This document shows positions 40,043-52,704 of a stretch of 64,000 nucleotides of DNA, in pieces. The notes under the pieces were generated by a model. The model searched no databases and was not told the origin of the DNA. It saw only the letters and a program-made list of their open reading frames with translations. The stretch covers positions 4,278,001-4,342,000 of the forward strand of contig NC_134025.1 in the NCBI RefSeq assembly GCF_964204645.1, written 5' to 3'. Positions within the stretch are counted from its first letter, which is position 1. Each line of letters begins with the position of its first letter. The stretch is from Tubulanus polymorphus (Eukaryota; Animalia; Nemertea). Position numbers and translations under genes: made by a program.

Positions 40043-41761
40043 TCAGACATCAGATGATGTTAACGAAAGTAAATTATCGGGTCTCGGAATCCCTTGTGTA
40101 GTGAGGGGAGTTGGCGGCTTCGCTCTTTCTCGCGGTGAGTTATCCAGGAAAGAATCAAGACCAGATGATTTTCTTTTCATCGAATGTGAAACAAATTCAA
40201 CTGAATTTTCCTGTCTACCCTTGTCTATAGCTGCCATAACAGTTTTTAGATGTTCATCAAAAATACTATATCCCTGGAAATAAGTGGCATCCAAATTTTC
40301 TGCGACCTGTTTGTTCATCGCGATTTCATCTGCGTATAAATATTCTTTCGGTGTAATGATCTTCTCATTTTTGTCGAAATTCTTTTTCTTTTTGCGTTTT
40401 GATTGCTGCTTTTTTAAATCATTAGGGTTAGGTTTGTCTTGCGTCATCTGCTCATCGTGAACAGTTTGTTTTGGATTTTTAACCAAATCTTTCAAGACTT
40501 GTTCTTGGCGCTCCGATAAATAATTATACATCGGATACATTGATCTGAGTTCTCGTTTTCGTCTGGTTTCATTCAATTCACTGATATCCAGTGTTATAGT
40601 GACTTGTCGCAAAAATGGCTGATATTTTCCCGCGATGTTTGGTAAACTGGCTACCATTGGAGTATTATGCGGTGGGAATTTTGGTTGCTGGTCGGCATAA
40701 TATCCACCGATCGGGGGAAGAGCCACGACTCTAGTCCCAAATGATTCATTTTGTGGTTTTTGTTGTTGTTGTTGTTCTTCTTCTCCTTCTTCTTCTCCTT
40801 CTTCTTCTTCTACTTTTTCTTTTTCTTTTTCTTCGTCATTCTTGTGCAGTTCTTTATCTGATTCTTCAGTTTCTATTTTATGTTCTGATATTTCAACAAT
40901 CCTTTCAGTATTTGTATCTAATAAATCATCAGACGCCACTTCTGCATCAACCCCATCTGCGACATCCGTTTCGGGATCATTTGCAATTTCTTCAGAATTT
41001 TCATCTTTAACCAATTGAGTCTCGGCGGCTTCGTCGTTATCTTCGTCGTTTGATAATTCTTCTTTAGTGTCGACGGCTGCATCGTGCGCACTAGCTATTG
41101 CTAATCCAGTCCCCTGATTATTTGTATCAGTGGAATCGACGTTCGTATCTGTAGGATCATCAAGCATAATATCATCTTCACCCACAGCGTAATTTTTTAC
41201 GGAACCATCATCGGGATTCTCTGCATTACGATCATAAGTAGTTACAGTAGTGGCTGGCGGTGCAATGTGTTCCTTGACGCTGCTCTTGTCTAATCCATCA
41301 ACTAACGTATGCTTAGGTAGGATCATACTGTTATCGTGTTTCGCCATGCGTGGGTACTTAAATAACTCGTAAAACCTGGCGTCTTTCAGGTTGTTGATGT
41401 CTTTCGGTCGCTGAACGTCTAACGTCACTTTATCACGTCGCTTACAAAACTTTATTGATTCAGGAAGATTTGAGGGGATAAAATGTTTATCTTCGATGAC
41501 GAAACTCGGCGGTGGTAATCTGCTTGCATTGCTGATACCTTCTGTAAATATTCTCTTGTCTTTCCGTTTCGAAGTCGTCCGCGGGAAATCTTCGACTGCA
41601 CTGTGTTTAACGATAGGTCCCCGTCTACGCGTTCGTTTCCAAACCATTTCATCTATGATACTCGGAGGAAGCGGGGGCAAATGCGTTTTCGTCGATCGTG
41701 TTTCATTTATCAATGCATCCATGACCACGGATGGCTGTTTGCTGTTTCTGTGACTCGGCAT
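40043..41761 (-). CDS. Uncharacterised, largely disordered acidic protein of ~572 aa in a single coding exon
   Basis: 605-codon stop-free frame in AT-rich DNA; first ATG after a likely splice acceptor (ttgcag) gives MPSHRNSKQ; D/E-rich middle, poly-E/Q tract, KRKKKK cluster. No family recognised. Confidence 0.75.
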   Translation of the reverse strand: MPSHRNSKQPSVVMDALINETRSTKTHLPPLPPSIIDEMVWKRTRRRGPIVKHSAVEDFPRTTSKRKDKRIFTEGISNASRLPPPSFVIEDKHFIPSNLPESIKFCKRRDKVTLDVQRPKDINNLKDARFYELFKYPRMAKHDNSMILPKHTLVDGLDKSSVKEHIAPPATTVTTYDRNAENPDDGSVKNYAVGEDDIMLDDPTDTNVDSTDTNNQGTGLAIASAHDAAVDTKEELSNDEDNDEAAETQLVKDENSEEIANDPETDVADGVDAEVASDDLLDTNTERIVEISEHKIETEESDKELHKNDEEKEKEKVEEEEGEEEGEEEQQQQQKPQNESFGTRVVALPPIGGYYADQQPKFPPHNTPMVASLPNIAGKYQPFLRQVTITLDISELNETRRKRELRSMYPMYNYLSERQEQVLKDLVKNPKQTVHDEQMTQDKPNPNDLKKQQSKRKKKKNFDKNEKIITPKEYLYADEIAMNKQVAENLDATYFQGYSIFDEHLKTVMAAIDKGRQENSVEFVSHSMKRKSSGLDSFLDNSPRERAKPPTPLTTQGIPRPDNLLSLTSSDV

Positions 41762-44389
41762 TATGTTATTTTGATCGACGACTACTACAAGTCCATTATA
41801 GATGCAGTTACTGCAACCAAAGAAAATAACGAAATTTAATAATTCATTATCAGTTAACATAAATATTCAATAGGCCTCAGCACTGTAGAGAAATTTGTTT
41901 AAGAGTAAAGAAAAACCTCTTTGAAATGGATCTCTACGCAAAATAGAGGAGAATGCTCTTGAATGCGTGAGTAAGTGGAGAACCCGAGGTAATTAGAACA
42001 TCTCACAGGAATTGAGGAATTTTCTTCGACCAAATTAATGAAACGCACCTGCAGATTATTTAAAAGTAAAGATATCCGCAATGACGGTTTTCCAATAAAC
42101 GAGCAGTACAAAGAAGTTCAGTTAGAACATGTTTTACAAAATGATTGATAATAGCACTGTGCAATGGAACTATGTAAATAACTGATCCAAGTATAAAAGA
42201 AAAAGGTCGTCATGACGTCGAAGATAGAGTCCACGCCGGTCTTATTATTCGCTTCATATAAAAAAGGAAATACATTAAAGTGTAATTATTAGTTACTTGC
42301 TGTTTATTCCCATGATAAACCAGGTGTATTTACTATTGTTTTCAGCATATAGTTTGCGTTTGTATCAATATACAATTCAATCAATCGAACACATAGTGAA
42401 ATTATACTTACCACTTATCCAATTATCTACGCTGTACAGTGAATTGGTTATTCGTGTAATGAACAACACTGCAAAAGCATATTTTCGTATCCACCGTGTC
42501 ATTAGTCTAAGTAATGTTTTTACAAAATCACGTAGCATTGCGGGACGAATCGCTTCGCTGAATTTTATAGCCTTCCCCGTGTACACATATATATGATATC
42601 ATATATCTTTTATCGTGTCAACCAACGGTACTGTAATTAACAGCGCTGTAAATACGATTCATTAAACCATGAAATCTTTCAGAATAGTTTTCGCATGCTG
42701 CGATAGACTTACAAATATGGAAAAATAAAAGGAAATGTATTATGCGCATGACCCGATTGAATACAACGCCAAACGATCTTAATTCAATCTTTTTTCATTA
42801 ATGATTTCCAGAGTTTCTTTTTTTAGCATTTAGAAATGATAAGACTTAAAATACCGTTTTATAGCACATATTTGTAAATGATTATTGGACATGAATCAAA
42901 ACTCGGAAACGTTTTGAAAATTCTATCATCGCCGAGGGCTATACAAAAATATCAATCAAATTGAAAAACTCAGATTTTATACGATGAATCACGTTCACAT
43001 TGAAGTATTATTTTTCACTATACAGCCGTGTTGGAACTCGTACCCAGCACGGTAGAAAATACCACACTGTGTCGGGGTTACTATTTCACCTGTGTAAATT
43101 ATATATGGCTAGTGCGTGAATTCGAGAGGGGTCATATAGAACAATGATCTGTTGTGTTTTTTTTTCTACGACGGGCAATTTAACTCATCATTAATACCTC
43201 CTGTGACTATCTTTTTATCCACGCTTATTAAGAATTGATCAGAGAGAATTCAGATATACATGATCATCTAATGATACCAATTTTCAGCGGGTTATCAGGC
43301 CAATTATCCGCAATTTTCATCGTATGATACAATGATCACCCGCTTACAAGGAAACATACGTATTTGCCGATATCAATTTAAAACGCTGATTATCTCATGT
43401 TAGAAAATGGATGATAAAAAGTTAATCGCCGACAAAAACGATAAATCTATAACGTATAAAACGATCAATTCATTCAATATGCAGAGATGAATATGCCGTA
43501 CCTGGTTGGGTTTGTTTGACTTGGATATACGTAGCGTTAATTAGAAACAAACGGCTTTTTCACACAGAAATCAATCAAAGTCTTACATTTCTCAACTATT
43601 TCATGTTATGTGTATCGGAGAACAACACAAATAAAAAATCTGGGGCCTTCAAAGCAAGCAAGTGTTTTTTCAGCAATAACGTGATTAGTGTGAACAGAAC
43701 CTTCACGCATCACCGGCTTTCGATTTGAGACACAGGAAGTAACGACCGTTCCGGAAAATAAAATCGTTCGTAGAAAATTCAGCGATTGCGAGTCTTATCA
43801 CGAATACTAAGTAAAGTTACCAGTGGAGACGTCAGGTGCAACGGAAAATGTTACTAAAACTTTATGACTCTTTTAGACGAATTCGAAGAAAATGAGGCAC
43901 TTATCTAAACAAACTATCACGCTAAACTCTAATTAAATCGATATTCACGGAAATAGCTCGTTTGTAGACGGCACGTGTGTATAACCTTGCCGAACATTTC
44001 AGTCAAAGTTTTGAGTTTGGAAGCAATTAGTGACATGCGGTTTTAGAAGGACCTATCATACATACAGTGTGGCTGAAGTACTCTCGCCTCCGCACAGGAG
44101 GTGATTGGGATTGGTGAAATAAGTATCAATCACGGAAGACCAACATTATTTACTCGTGAAATACAATTTTAAACGTCTAAATTTTGACATTTATTCAAGT
44201 GATGAAGAGTTGTAGATACGTAAATTGCTTATTTGAATGATGTTAAACATTGATTTAAAAAGGCTTTGTTTAGAGTATTCATTATATATAACTTAATCAT
44301 ATACATTTGTAAGTATCACACGACATATATCATATCTATTAAAGAACACGATGAATAAACAGAAACAATAATTTCGTAAAAGTCAATGA

Positions 44390-45496
44390 TTAAATATTTC
44401 TATTTGTCGAAATCACCGAAACTTTATAAGCGCTATCTTCCGAGTTTGTGGTCGAGCCGGGTTCGTTGCAACAACATTTCCAATAGAATATCATCTTCAA
44501 TTCGAAGCGAAATTTTGAACAACCGAGGCAGTAAAGGTAGAAATTGATCATAGGATTGATGTACAAAAACTTGTAAGTTATGCTGGAGCTACAGTTGCGT
44601 ATCTCTTCTAAATTGCTGTCACTTTCATAGTCGATGACGTGTTCCCAGACGATGAAGTCAACGGCATACGGTAGACTCGTTACGAGAAAAACTATACACA
44701 CCAGTATCAAAAGTGTCGTAAGTTGACGTTCTCGTTGTTCGCTCTTGCCGACATTATTCGGGTTTTTTATCGACATTTCGTTTCGTTGTTTGTTACTTCG
44801 TGTAACGACGCGGATGATTTGAACGTTAAGCACGAGCAAAACGAAGAACGGAACCAGAATTGTGACGATCATATCGTACAGATAAAACGCCTCTCTCCAA
44901 ATCTCCGGAATATATATTTCACAGAAAAGTGTATTATCGCCCACGGTGAACTTTGGGCCTGAGAAAATTACAACGTGGATATTTGTAACCAGGAAATAAA
45001 TTAACACGGCAAAAGTACTCCATTTTGCGCGGTATATCGTACACCAAATCGGCGCTTTCAACGGAAACTGGACGGCTAAAAATCTGTCGAGAGTCATCGC
45101 TACGAGAACCCAGTTAGATAGTCCAAATCCTGTGAAATCTGTAAATAAAAAACTTTTACAGAACCCATCAGAGGCTACAGAATTAGCGTAGTTACTTTCG
45201 AGATAATGTTGAATTAACACGACAGTGAGAAGATTAGTATCGAACACGGCGAGGATTCGCATGTAAAAAGCCGTCGTAAATTTATTGAATCGCGGACGAC
45301 TCATGATGATAATAGCGAGAATATTTCCTGTAACGCCGAGAACAAAAATTATCGGAGGAATATAAACATCGAAGATGTTATTAACGAAACGAACATTAGC
45401 TAATGTCTTTTCTGACATATCGAAATAAGACGATGGCGATGACGATGGCTGTGGAGTGTCACTGCCGTTAAGTCCTAGATCTCCCGAGGTTGTCAT
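44390..45496 (-). CDS. Rhodopsin-class peptide GPCR (FMRFamide/TRH-receptor-like orphan), intronless CDS
   Basis: Seven hydrophobic segments, GN in TM1, LAVFD in TM2, DRF at the end of TM3, LP in TM6, NPMINFYLYC in TM7. Confidence 0.92.
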   Translation of the reverse strand: MTTSGDLGLNGSDTPQPSSSPSSYFDMSEKTLANVRFVNNIFDVYIPPIIFVLGVTGNILAIIIMSRPRFNKFTTAFYMRILAVFDTNLLTVVLIQHYLESNYANSVASDGFCKSFLFTDFTGFGLSNWVLVAMTLDRFLAVQFPLKAPIWCTIYRAKWSTFAVLIYFLVTNIHVVIFSGPKFTVGDNTLFCEIYIPEIWREAFYLYDMIVTILVPFFVLLVLNVQIIRVVTRSNKQRNEMSIKNPNNVGKSEQRERQLTTLLILVCIVFLVTSLPYAVDFIVWEHVIDYESDSNLEEIRNCSSSITYKFLYINPMINFYLYCLGCSKFRFELKMIFYWKCCCNEPGSTTNSEDSAYKVSVISTNRNI

Positions 45497-46763
45497 GATC
45501 GGCGTCTTTTATAGGAGATGATTGTCAGTAATGGTTCTACACTTTCCTCAGATCCAACCAATCCGTGAAGCCGTTATCACACGTGATCTACGGCACCTAA
45601 TACTATTGATTTTGATATCATTACATTTTCAATCGTCGAAGTCCAGGATGTTTGCCAAATCCTATCAGGAAAAAGAGAAAATAGCATGATAATTTTCTTC
45701 GTGATACCAAGTGTTAAAAATATGATTGAATATAATTAAATGGGCGAAAGCAATGGGGTTTTCTGTGAAAAAGCTAATCATCTGTCTATAGGTCACACTT
45801 TGTGGCCCACAATAACGTTACATCGTCTGTTAGTGTTTCGGAAGATTGACAACATCAATTTCCGTCTCTTTTCGAAAAACAATTAACGTAAAGATTTACA
45901 TGCAATAATCACTACCGGCGAATCAATAAATCCATAAAACACGAAAATGAAACACATGGTTTCTATAAAAATTAGCATCTGTATCTATTATGGCTGGGTA
46001 TTCATTTTATGCGCTTCTCGTTTATGGACAGTAAAATATAGCATGCCATATGAAATTTTTATGAGTGAATTTCAATCGATTCTAATCCCTACTAATCACT
46101 ATCTCTGCAAGGAAAGCACAAAGTGCTTCGGTAGCTGAAGCTTTGTGCCAACAACCAAGAATGATTTAAGGACCGAATGACGTTAATAGCAATAAATTGT
46201 TTGATTCGCTGGCTCTATGAATTTCCTGGGGTAATATTTCTCACTTCTCTCCCTCATCGATTCGGATGAATGAATGAACCCGTTATCAATTATTCACAAA
46301 GCCATTATTCCGAGGGTTATTATCGGGGGATTCTGTATTACATCTACAGACAGGACAGCCTTCAATTACCTAATGGCTGAGAAAGATAGATGTGAAAGCG
46401 CCTGCGGAGTTCACTAAAACTTTTCCTCCGAGGCCTTTCTGGATACGTCAGGTCGTTACCTGCCGATAAGTCTCAAACTAATGGCAATAAGACTAAGCTT
46501 TATTGGTTTCGTGCTTTTAATACCATATGATCAAACATATTCTGTAATCCATTACAAATGTTGCCGAAAGCAACACGAAATTAAATTGTAGATTTTCATC
46601 AGATTTATTCTTAAGATATTAGTAATGTAATGTTAGTTTGTTCATTCGTTCGGTGCAGCGGAAATATATTCCCTTACCTTAAAAAATGGTCAGATTATTG
46701 GTAAAAAAGTCTTAGAATTTCTCGAAACGAAGATTCGAAATCAATTTTCTTTCATATAATCAT

Positions 46764-46873
46764 GGGGCCGGTTTTATAGACTGGTTTTAACTTGAACCCG
46801 GGAGCTAACTCAATTGAAAATGAATTGAGATAACCCCCGGGTTCAAGATAATACTATACCATAAAACCGGCCC
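46764..46873. mobile_element. Palindromic MITE
   Basis: gggccggttttat / ataaaaccggccc termini plus internal inverted cttgaacccggg / cccgggttcaag. Confidence 0.8.
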
Positions 46874-46896
46874 GTGGACTCTTATAAAACGTTTTA

Positions 46897-47081
46897 AGCC
46901 CAACGCACACGGCAAAACATTTGTTTCGCCGAAACAGAAAAACGTTTTTCAGAAAACGTTTTTTGCTCGTGAAAAACGTTTTTCAGTTCGGCGTTTTTTT
47001 GTTTTGCCTCCCCCGCACACGACATCGAAAACGTTTTTTCACGATGAAAAAACGTTTGTTCGGTGCCGTGTGCGATGGGCT
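46897..47081. mobile_element. MITE, PIF/Harbinger-like
   Basis: TIR agcccaacgcacacggca / tgccgtgtgcgatgggct with TTA duplicated on both sides. Confidence 0.85.
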
Positions 47082-48800
47082 TTAGAGTCCACGATATAAA
47101 TCGATACTTACTGGAGTTTTATGCCAAACATACAACCTATCCACCATGAAATTCACGGATAATCCATCCACGTATACCGATCGTTTCGAACTCAAATTCT
47201 GTTTGTATATTTGCAAGCACAAGAGAATTTCATAATTATTCCGCTGCAATGTCTATACCATCCACATAGTTTCCCAATGTCGTGGCTCTGTAAATTTCCT
47301 GTATGAGTAGGACGACTTAATGAGAATCGGAAGCAATGACCACCTGTGCAACTCAAACAAATTCTCAAAAATAGACTTTCAAAGAATATATTATTCTCTA
47401 ATAAAATTAACATACATACATCCTCGTGTTTAGAATGAGACTCTTGAAACAACAGCCACTATTGTTCGCTACACTGACGTGTACACAGTTACGAAGGTAG
47501 AAACTGAACTGAAACACGTAAATCAACCCCTCGCTATCTCCATAACCAATTTTAATCATCACAGCCGAAGATAACGCTGAGTACGTTCAACTAAGTGAGG
47601 CATGTTCGTGTTTTTGTCCCGATTGCGCTCGTATAGGCCTCGTGCGTGAGATAAAGCGCAACATTCGTAAATTATTTTCTGGTCAATATCCGTCACTCAA
47701 GTCAAAAGCTAGAGATTGAGATAAAGAAGATTGCATCAGTGGTCGTTTAATATGTGGCTTTTGTGTGAAAAGTTAGATGATATTTGGATAGGCAGTGATT
47801 GCTTCTTGGTCCAGCAAACAAAGTAGAAGCTCGTCTCATGTCTCCTTCTGTTTATTTATGGCACCAATCACCGTGCTTGCATGAACGTACCCGACGGTTG
47901 AATATACACTACAACCTCATGGTCAGTGCCATTATAACGCTAACGGAATGTACAGCTATCACAACTTGGTATTGAGATTTCCCGATAGAAACATACAACT
48001 TGTTTGCCGTGATCTTTAGCATCGATGTTTTACGTATGTTCGTTGCTTACCTTGAATAAGAGCTGGAATGAGAGAGAATGTCTTCGGTGGTAGAGGGGGT
48101 GGTTCGTTAGCTGTTGTTGAAACGATACGGAAGTGAATTCAGTTATTCGTTGGACTACAGATATCGGGAGTGTATTCCAAGAAAAATGGAATAGACTCGT
48201 CATCGGTACCCATTTAATAATAGGCTTCTATCTACACACCATATTCCTGTTGAATGATGTACACGGAAATATGTACAAAATTCTTCATCAATGGAAATTG
48301 TTTTTTTTTCACCACGAAAATTGTTTCTTTTTTAAATAGCTAGAATAGTAACAAGTTAAAAATGATACTGTAGCACAGTCGTTTCTTTCCCACCCTCATT
48401 CATGTTCTGGGGATTCGTTCAGCCACAAAAACAAATGTATATACGCATCAGAGAAAATGAACATTTATTTACATACGTATTGAGGGTGTTCTATTTTTTA
48501 CAACGTGAGAGCTAAGATAATAAGTAAACAATTCATTTCGAATATAATTCGAGTGCAGATCTTCCAGAAAATAAGACACAATATACTATTTCATATATAC
48601 ATAACTCAAAACCTCCTTTTATAGCCATCATTTACATCATATCGACACGTAGTACCGCAAATATTTGATGGTAGATCTTCTATATTTTGACCACAATGTA
48701 AGTACAGTTACAGTCTCTAGTGACAGATGGAATCGTCTGTCAATAAGGAATATCCGCTCATTTCGTTTTTCATACTGTTTTAAATCATTCTTCTTAAAAC

Positions 48801-50445
48801 TTAATTTGACACCACATCGTCCAAATGATAATCATCTTTCCACGATTCTGATTTATCCAGTAAAAGCGATATCAATGAATAATTTTCAGAATCTACAAGA
48901 TCTATGGGACGTTCCCCTTCATCTGTTACCGAGTCTTTAGAAGCTCCCATCTTTAGGAGATACCTACAAAATTTCAAATAAGAATTCTTACAAGGTGACG
49001 TTAAATGTAACAATATTGTATACAAAATATACTTCGGTAGCCTAGTAATTATTACGAGCTATGAACCATTATCTTATTATGTATATATTTTGATTATCTT
49101 ATTGAGGCCATACATCCAAATTTGCTATTCATTAGGAGAATTCTCTGTCAAATCGATCGCAGAAATAATTTGCGCTCATTGTTAGTAACAATTTTTTTCT
49201 GATAAGGAATTTTCGAATATCTGAGGTTTATCGTACTTAGCGATCTCAATATGTCCCTCGGCGCATGCGGCATGAAGCGGTGACCAGGTATCTTCATCTT
49301 GTTTATTGACGTCAGCGCCGTGACCAACCAACAACCGAACTGCCAACATATTGTCATCTAATACAGCTTGATGCAACGGAGTCAGACCTGAAAATAGATC
49401 CAGCCATTGGAAATTTGAAATCAGGCTCCAGTGATAAGCTCGGGGAATGGGCAATTTTGGTGCTATAAATATGTAATTTGTATGCTATGAGTCGAGACAT
49501 CCTATACGGACAAGTTTAGATTTATACTATGATGGACTTGTAAATAGATCACATAATGGTTTTGTAGTACGTCTCTTCATTATTGTTGGTTTTTATTGTT
49601 GTTAATAGCTTACTTTTTGTTTTTGTTCTATCAACGACGTTGTACAATGATTTATGTAAATAAATTGAATTCGAAAGAAATTGAATTTGCATGGAATTTA
49701 TCAGATACATATTTTCGAACATTCATAGACTAGACTAAGTAAAGTTATATATGCAAATATTAGTAACATATGCAGAGTCCCACGTGATCTTTGTATCTAA
49801 TGCACTACATATAGCCCTAATCAAATACTTTATGATTGATCTTATCTATAGATTTTCCTCATCGAACAAATATAGCTATTCAATATTTGCCAACATATGT
49901 TACCATAATATGATACAATTCTAATGGCCCCTACTATTTATTAGCCCTGCCCTACGTTCACAAACAATTTTTCATCATTGAAAAAAACTAATTAAGTTTT
50001 GTTGAATTGCAATTCCGCAAATGGGTTTGTCAATGGATGATGGATTGTTTTGGTTATTACACTTGCCATAGAGCGGAGTTCTAATCTCATTTCAGAAACA
50101 GCCATTTTATCGGCTAAGGGCAATGAAACAATTTGGGTCTTTCTTATTGTTAGAGTATACATGTACCTTCTATATGAATAAATAGAAATTCCAAAAAGTT
50201 CATATCTAGAAAATTATGTTTTTGCGAGCAACAAATAAAACGTGAAAAATAACTACTTAATTCTCACCTGCATCATTGATTGCGCTGATGTCCAGTTGAA
50301 TGCTTGCTCTCCTCAACATATCATGCATATGCGAAATATCGTTTACTTTTATACTATCAAGAAACACTAATTCATCAGGAAATCTAACCCCTTTAGGTTT
50401 GACGCCAGGATTTTCTTTTGCGAACACGCTTGCCCTTCGACTCAT
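48801..50445 (-). CDS. Small ankyrin-repeat PP1 regulatory subunit, PPP1R27-like, 3 exons
   Basis: RVxF-type KGVRFPDELVF followed by ankyrin repeats GLTPLHQAVLDDN, WSPLHAACAEGHIEIAKYLL and GERPIDL; ~165 aa. Confidence 0.88.
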
Positions 50446-52704
50446 ATTTATATCGCTTGTATATACTGGTTTTCCAAAATCTTCAATATCCTGGTGTCCT
50501 GGACGAAGTTCCCCGTTTTATCTCTTCGTGGGCGGATAATCTGTCATATATCCATGAATCATAAAATTGAGTCGGACCGTTGGTTTATGGTAATCTGAGT
50601 CCTATCACGCCGTCCCATGTACTGTACTGAAAGTGGTGCAGATGCACAACTGAATTATTGCGAGCGCCACATAACACAAGTCATCAAAAATATCCAGAAA
50701 TATTATAGGTACACATACCATACCGTTCCTTGAATATGGCTGTTTCTAACTTTTCGAGTGTACACGGGTGATGAATATTTAATTGCGGTTTTTCATTCAG
50801 GTAATGGCTACAATTCGACGAATGAGGCTAAACAATTATTTACTTACAACAGTTATCTACGAGCGAGATAAATTTCGATACTTGAAACATTTAACAGTAC
50901 TTATACAGCTATTAACTCTTCGCGAAATGAATAAGAAACAAAAACAACATTCCTTTATGGATAAATTATCATGTGTTTACGACAACTAAATCTTTGTCGT
51001 ACGGTACCTAATATTCAAAAGCTATAATTTGGAGTTACCATATAAAAATTAATGTGCATATTTATTGCTGCGGCTAGGTATGTAGGATTAAACGCCTTTT
51101 ATGGAATGCAAATAAATTTTGTTGACTCTTAAGATTAAAATCTCACAGGTGACGGCCACAATGAATTACACTTCTATTTGCACAGTTCAATTCATTGTGG
51201 CAGTAAATATAAACTCTGTATGTCAATTTCATTGCTTAATTATCTCATTATGAAGGAAAATATGATTGGCATTTATTTTCATTGTAAATATTGCCGAGTG
51301 ATCGGTGTCGTCAGTGTTGTCTTTTCTATAATGAATGTCAGTTTTATTCGCGTTTTCCTATTATATCCATCACTTTAAATCTTTCTGACCACGGAGCTCC
51401 GATTGAAATGTCACTTAAGATTCCTCTAGATTTTCTTTATTAAGCTACCAACAAAGACAATCATCATTTCATTTGATGAAATCACTTTTATTACAATCAA
51501 TGCAGTAGATAACAGCAATATGACTAACAAAATGCATTCCAAACATTCACAGCACAATCATAGCACACAAAAAATCTACATACATAAAGAGTACATACAT
51601 TACATGCATAATACATTTGTATTTAAGTGCAATTTGACTATTCACGATTCATCACGGGCAAATTTACTCTTCACGAAATATCATCAATGAACACAAATAT
51701 CTTGGTCGAAAATATAAAACTGCAAACAGTAATTCAAAAATTGAAATATGACACAGGTAGGTTGACGTGTTCGAATAATTCTAGAAAGTCCAAGTTATTC
51801 TTTGGCACTTAAAACGTATGTGTAATATGATCAAATAATCATTAAAAAAATAATTACTACAATAAATTTACATTTTACAACAAATCTTGATTCTAATAAT
51901 AAATACATCTAATATATAAGGGTCGCTTCCACCCCATACTACAATATCTAAGGAATGATTTAACTATACAAATCACTACATCAGAGCTCTAAAATTAGCT
52001 TTATTTGGTCACAAATGAATAAGAATGCAAATTGTTCACCCCAAGATGAATCAATCCCTCTCCATAACAGGCAGCAAGTACTACGAGAGTTTGACCCTTT
52101 ATTTCATAAACATGAAAACAGATTTAGGAATAGAACAAGATTTTCAATTATTAAATTTAGGTTAAGGTTAGAAGATTTATGGTTTATCGTTTTGAAGGAT
52201 GAATTATTCCTGCAAAATGCAAGTAGGCACTTGAGGTTCAGACGAGTGAAATTTTTTTATCACAGAGCAAGTATCCATTTAACCTCTATAACAATCATTA
52301 AATCTTTAAAAGAATAATTTCTCAACAATCGCCTTCTTTACACAGAATCAATCAAATCGTTCATAAAACATCATTTTCATTCAAGCACATTTCAAACTTC
52401 CCGAATCCTACATTCATGTCAGTTGTAAAACCTCTAGATAATTCAGCATATGTTTTGTGAAGAAAAAAATACTAGAAATACACTGGGGTATTTTTCACAG
52501 GAAATGCTTTCAATGATTAGCGAAATATAACACTGAGCCAACATGTACTATAACATTCTGGTACTATAACTTCCACTATAATCATCAAATACAGACTATA
52601 AACACTATTCCATTATGTTATATGTTATATATATATATATTGACACCCAGTGTTTCATAACAGTGATTCTAACAGTGTCAATGACATTTCGTTGATTCAG
52701 TTGA

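Noticed and set aside
41762-41860. N-terminal 33 codons of the 605-aa ORF
   Set aside because: They span a likely polypyrimidine tract and acceptor (ttgcag), so they are probably intron and 5' UTR.
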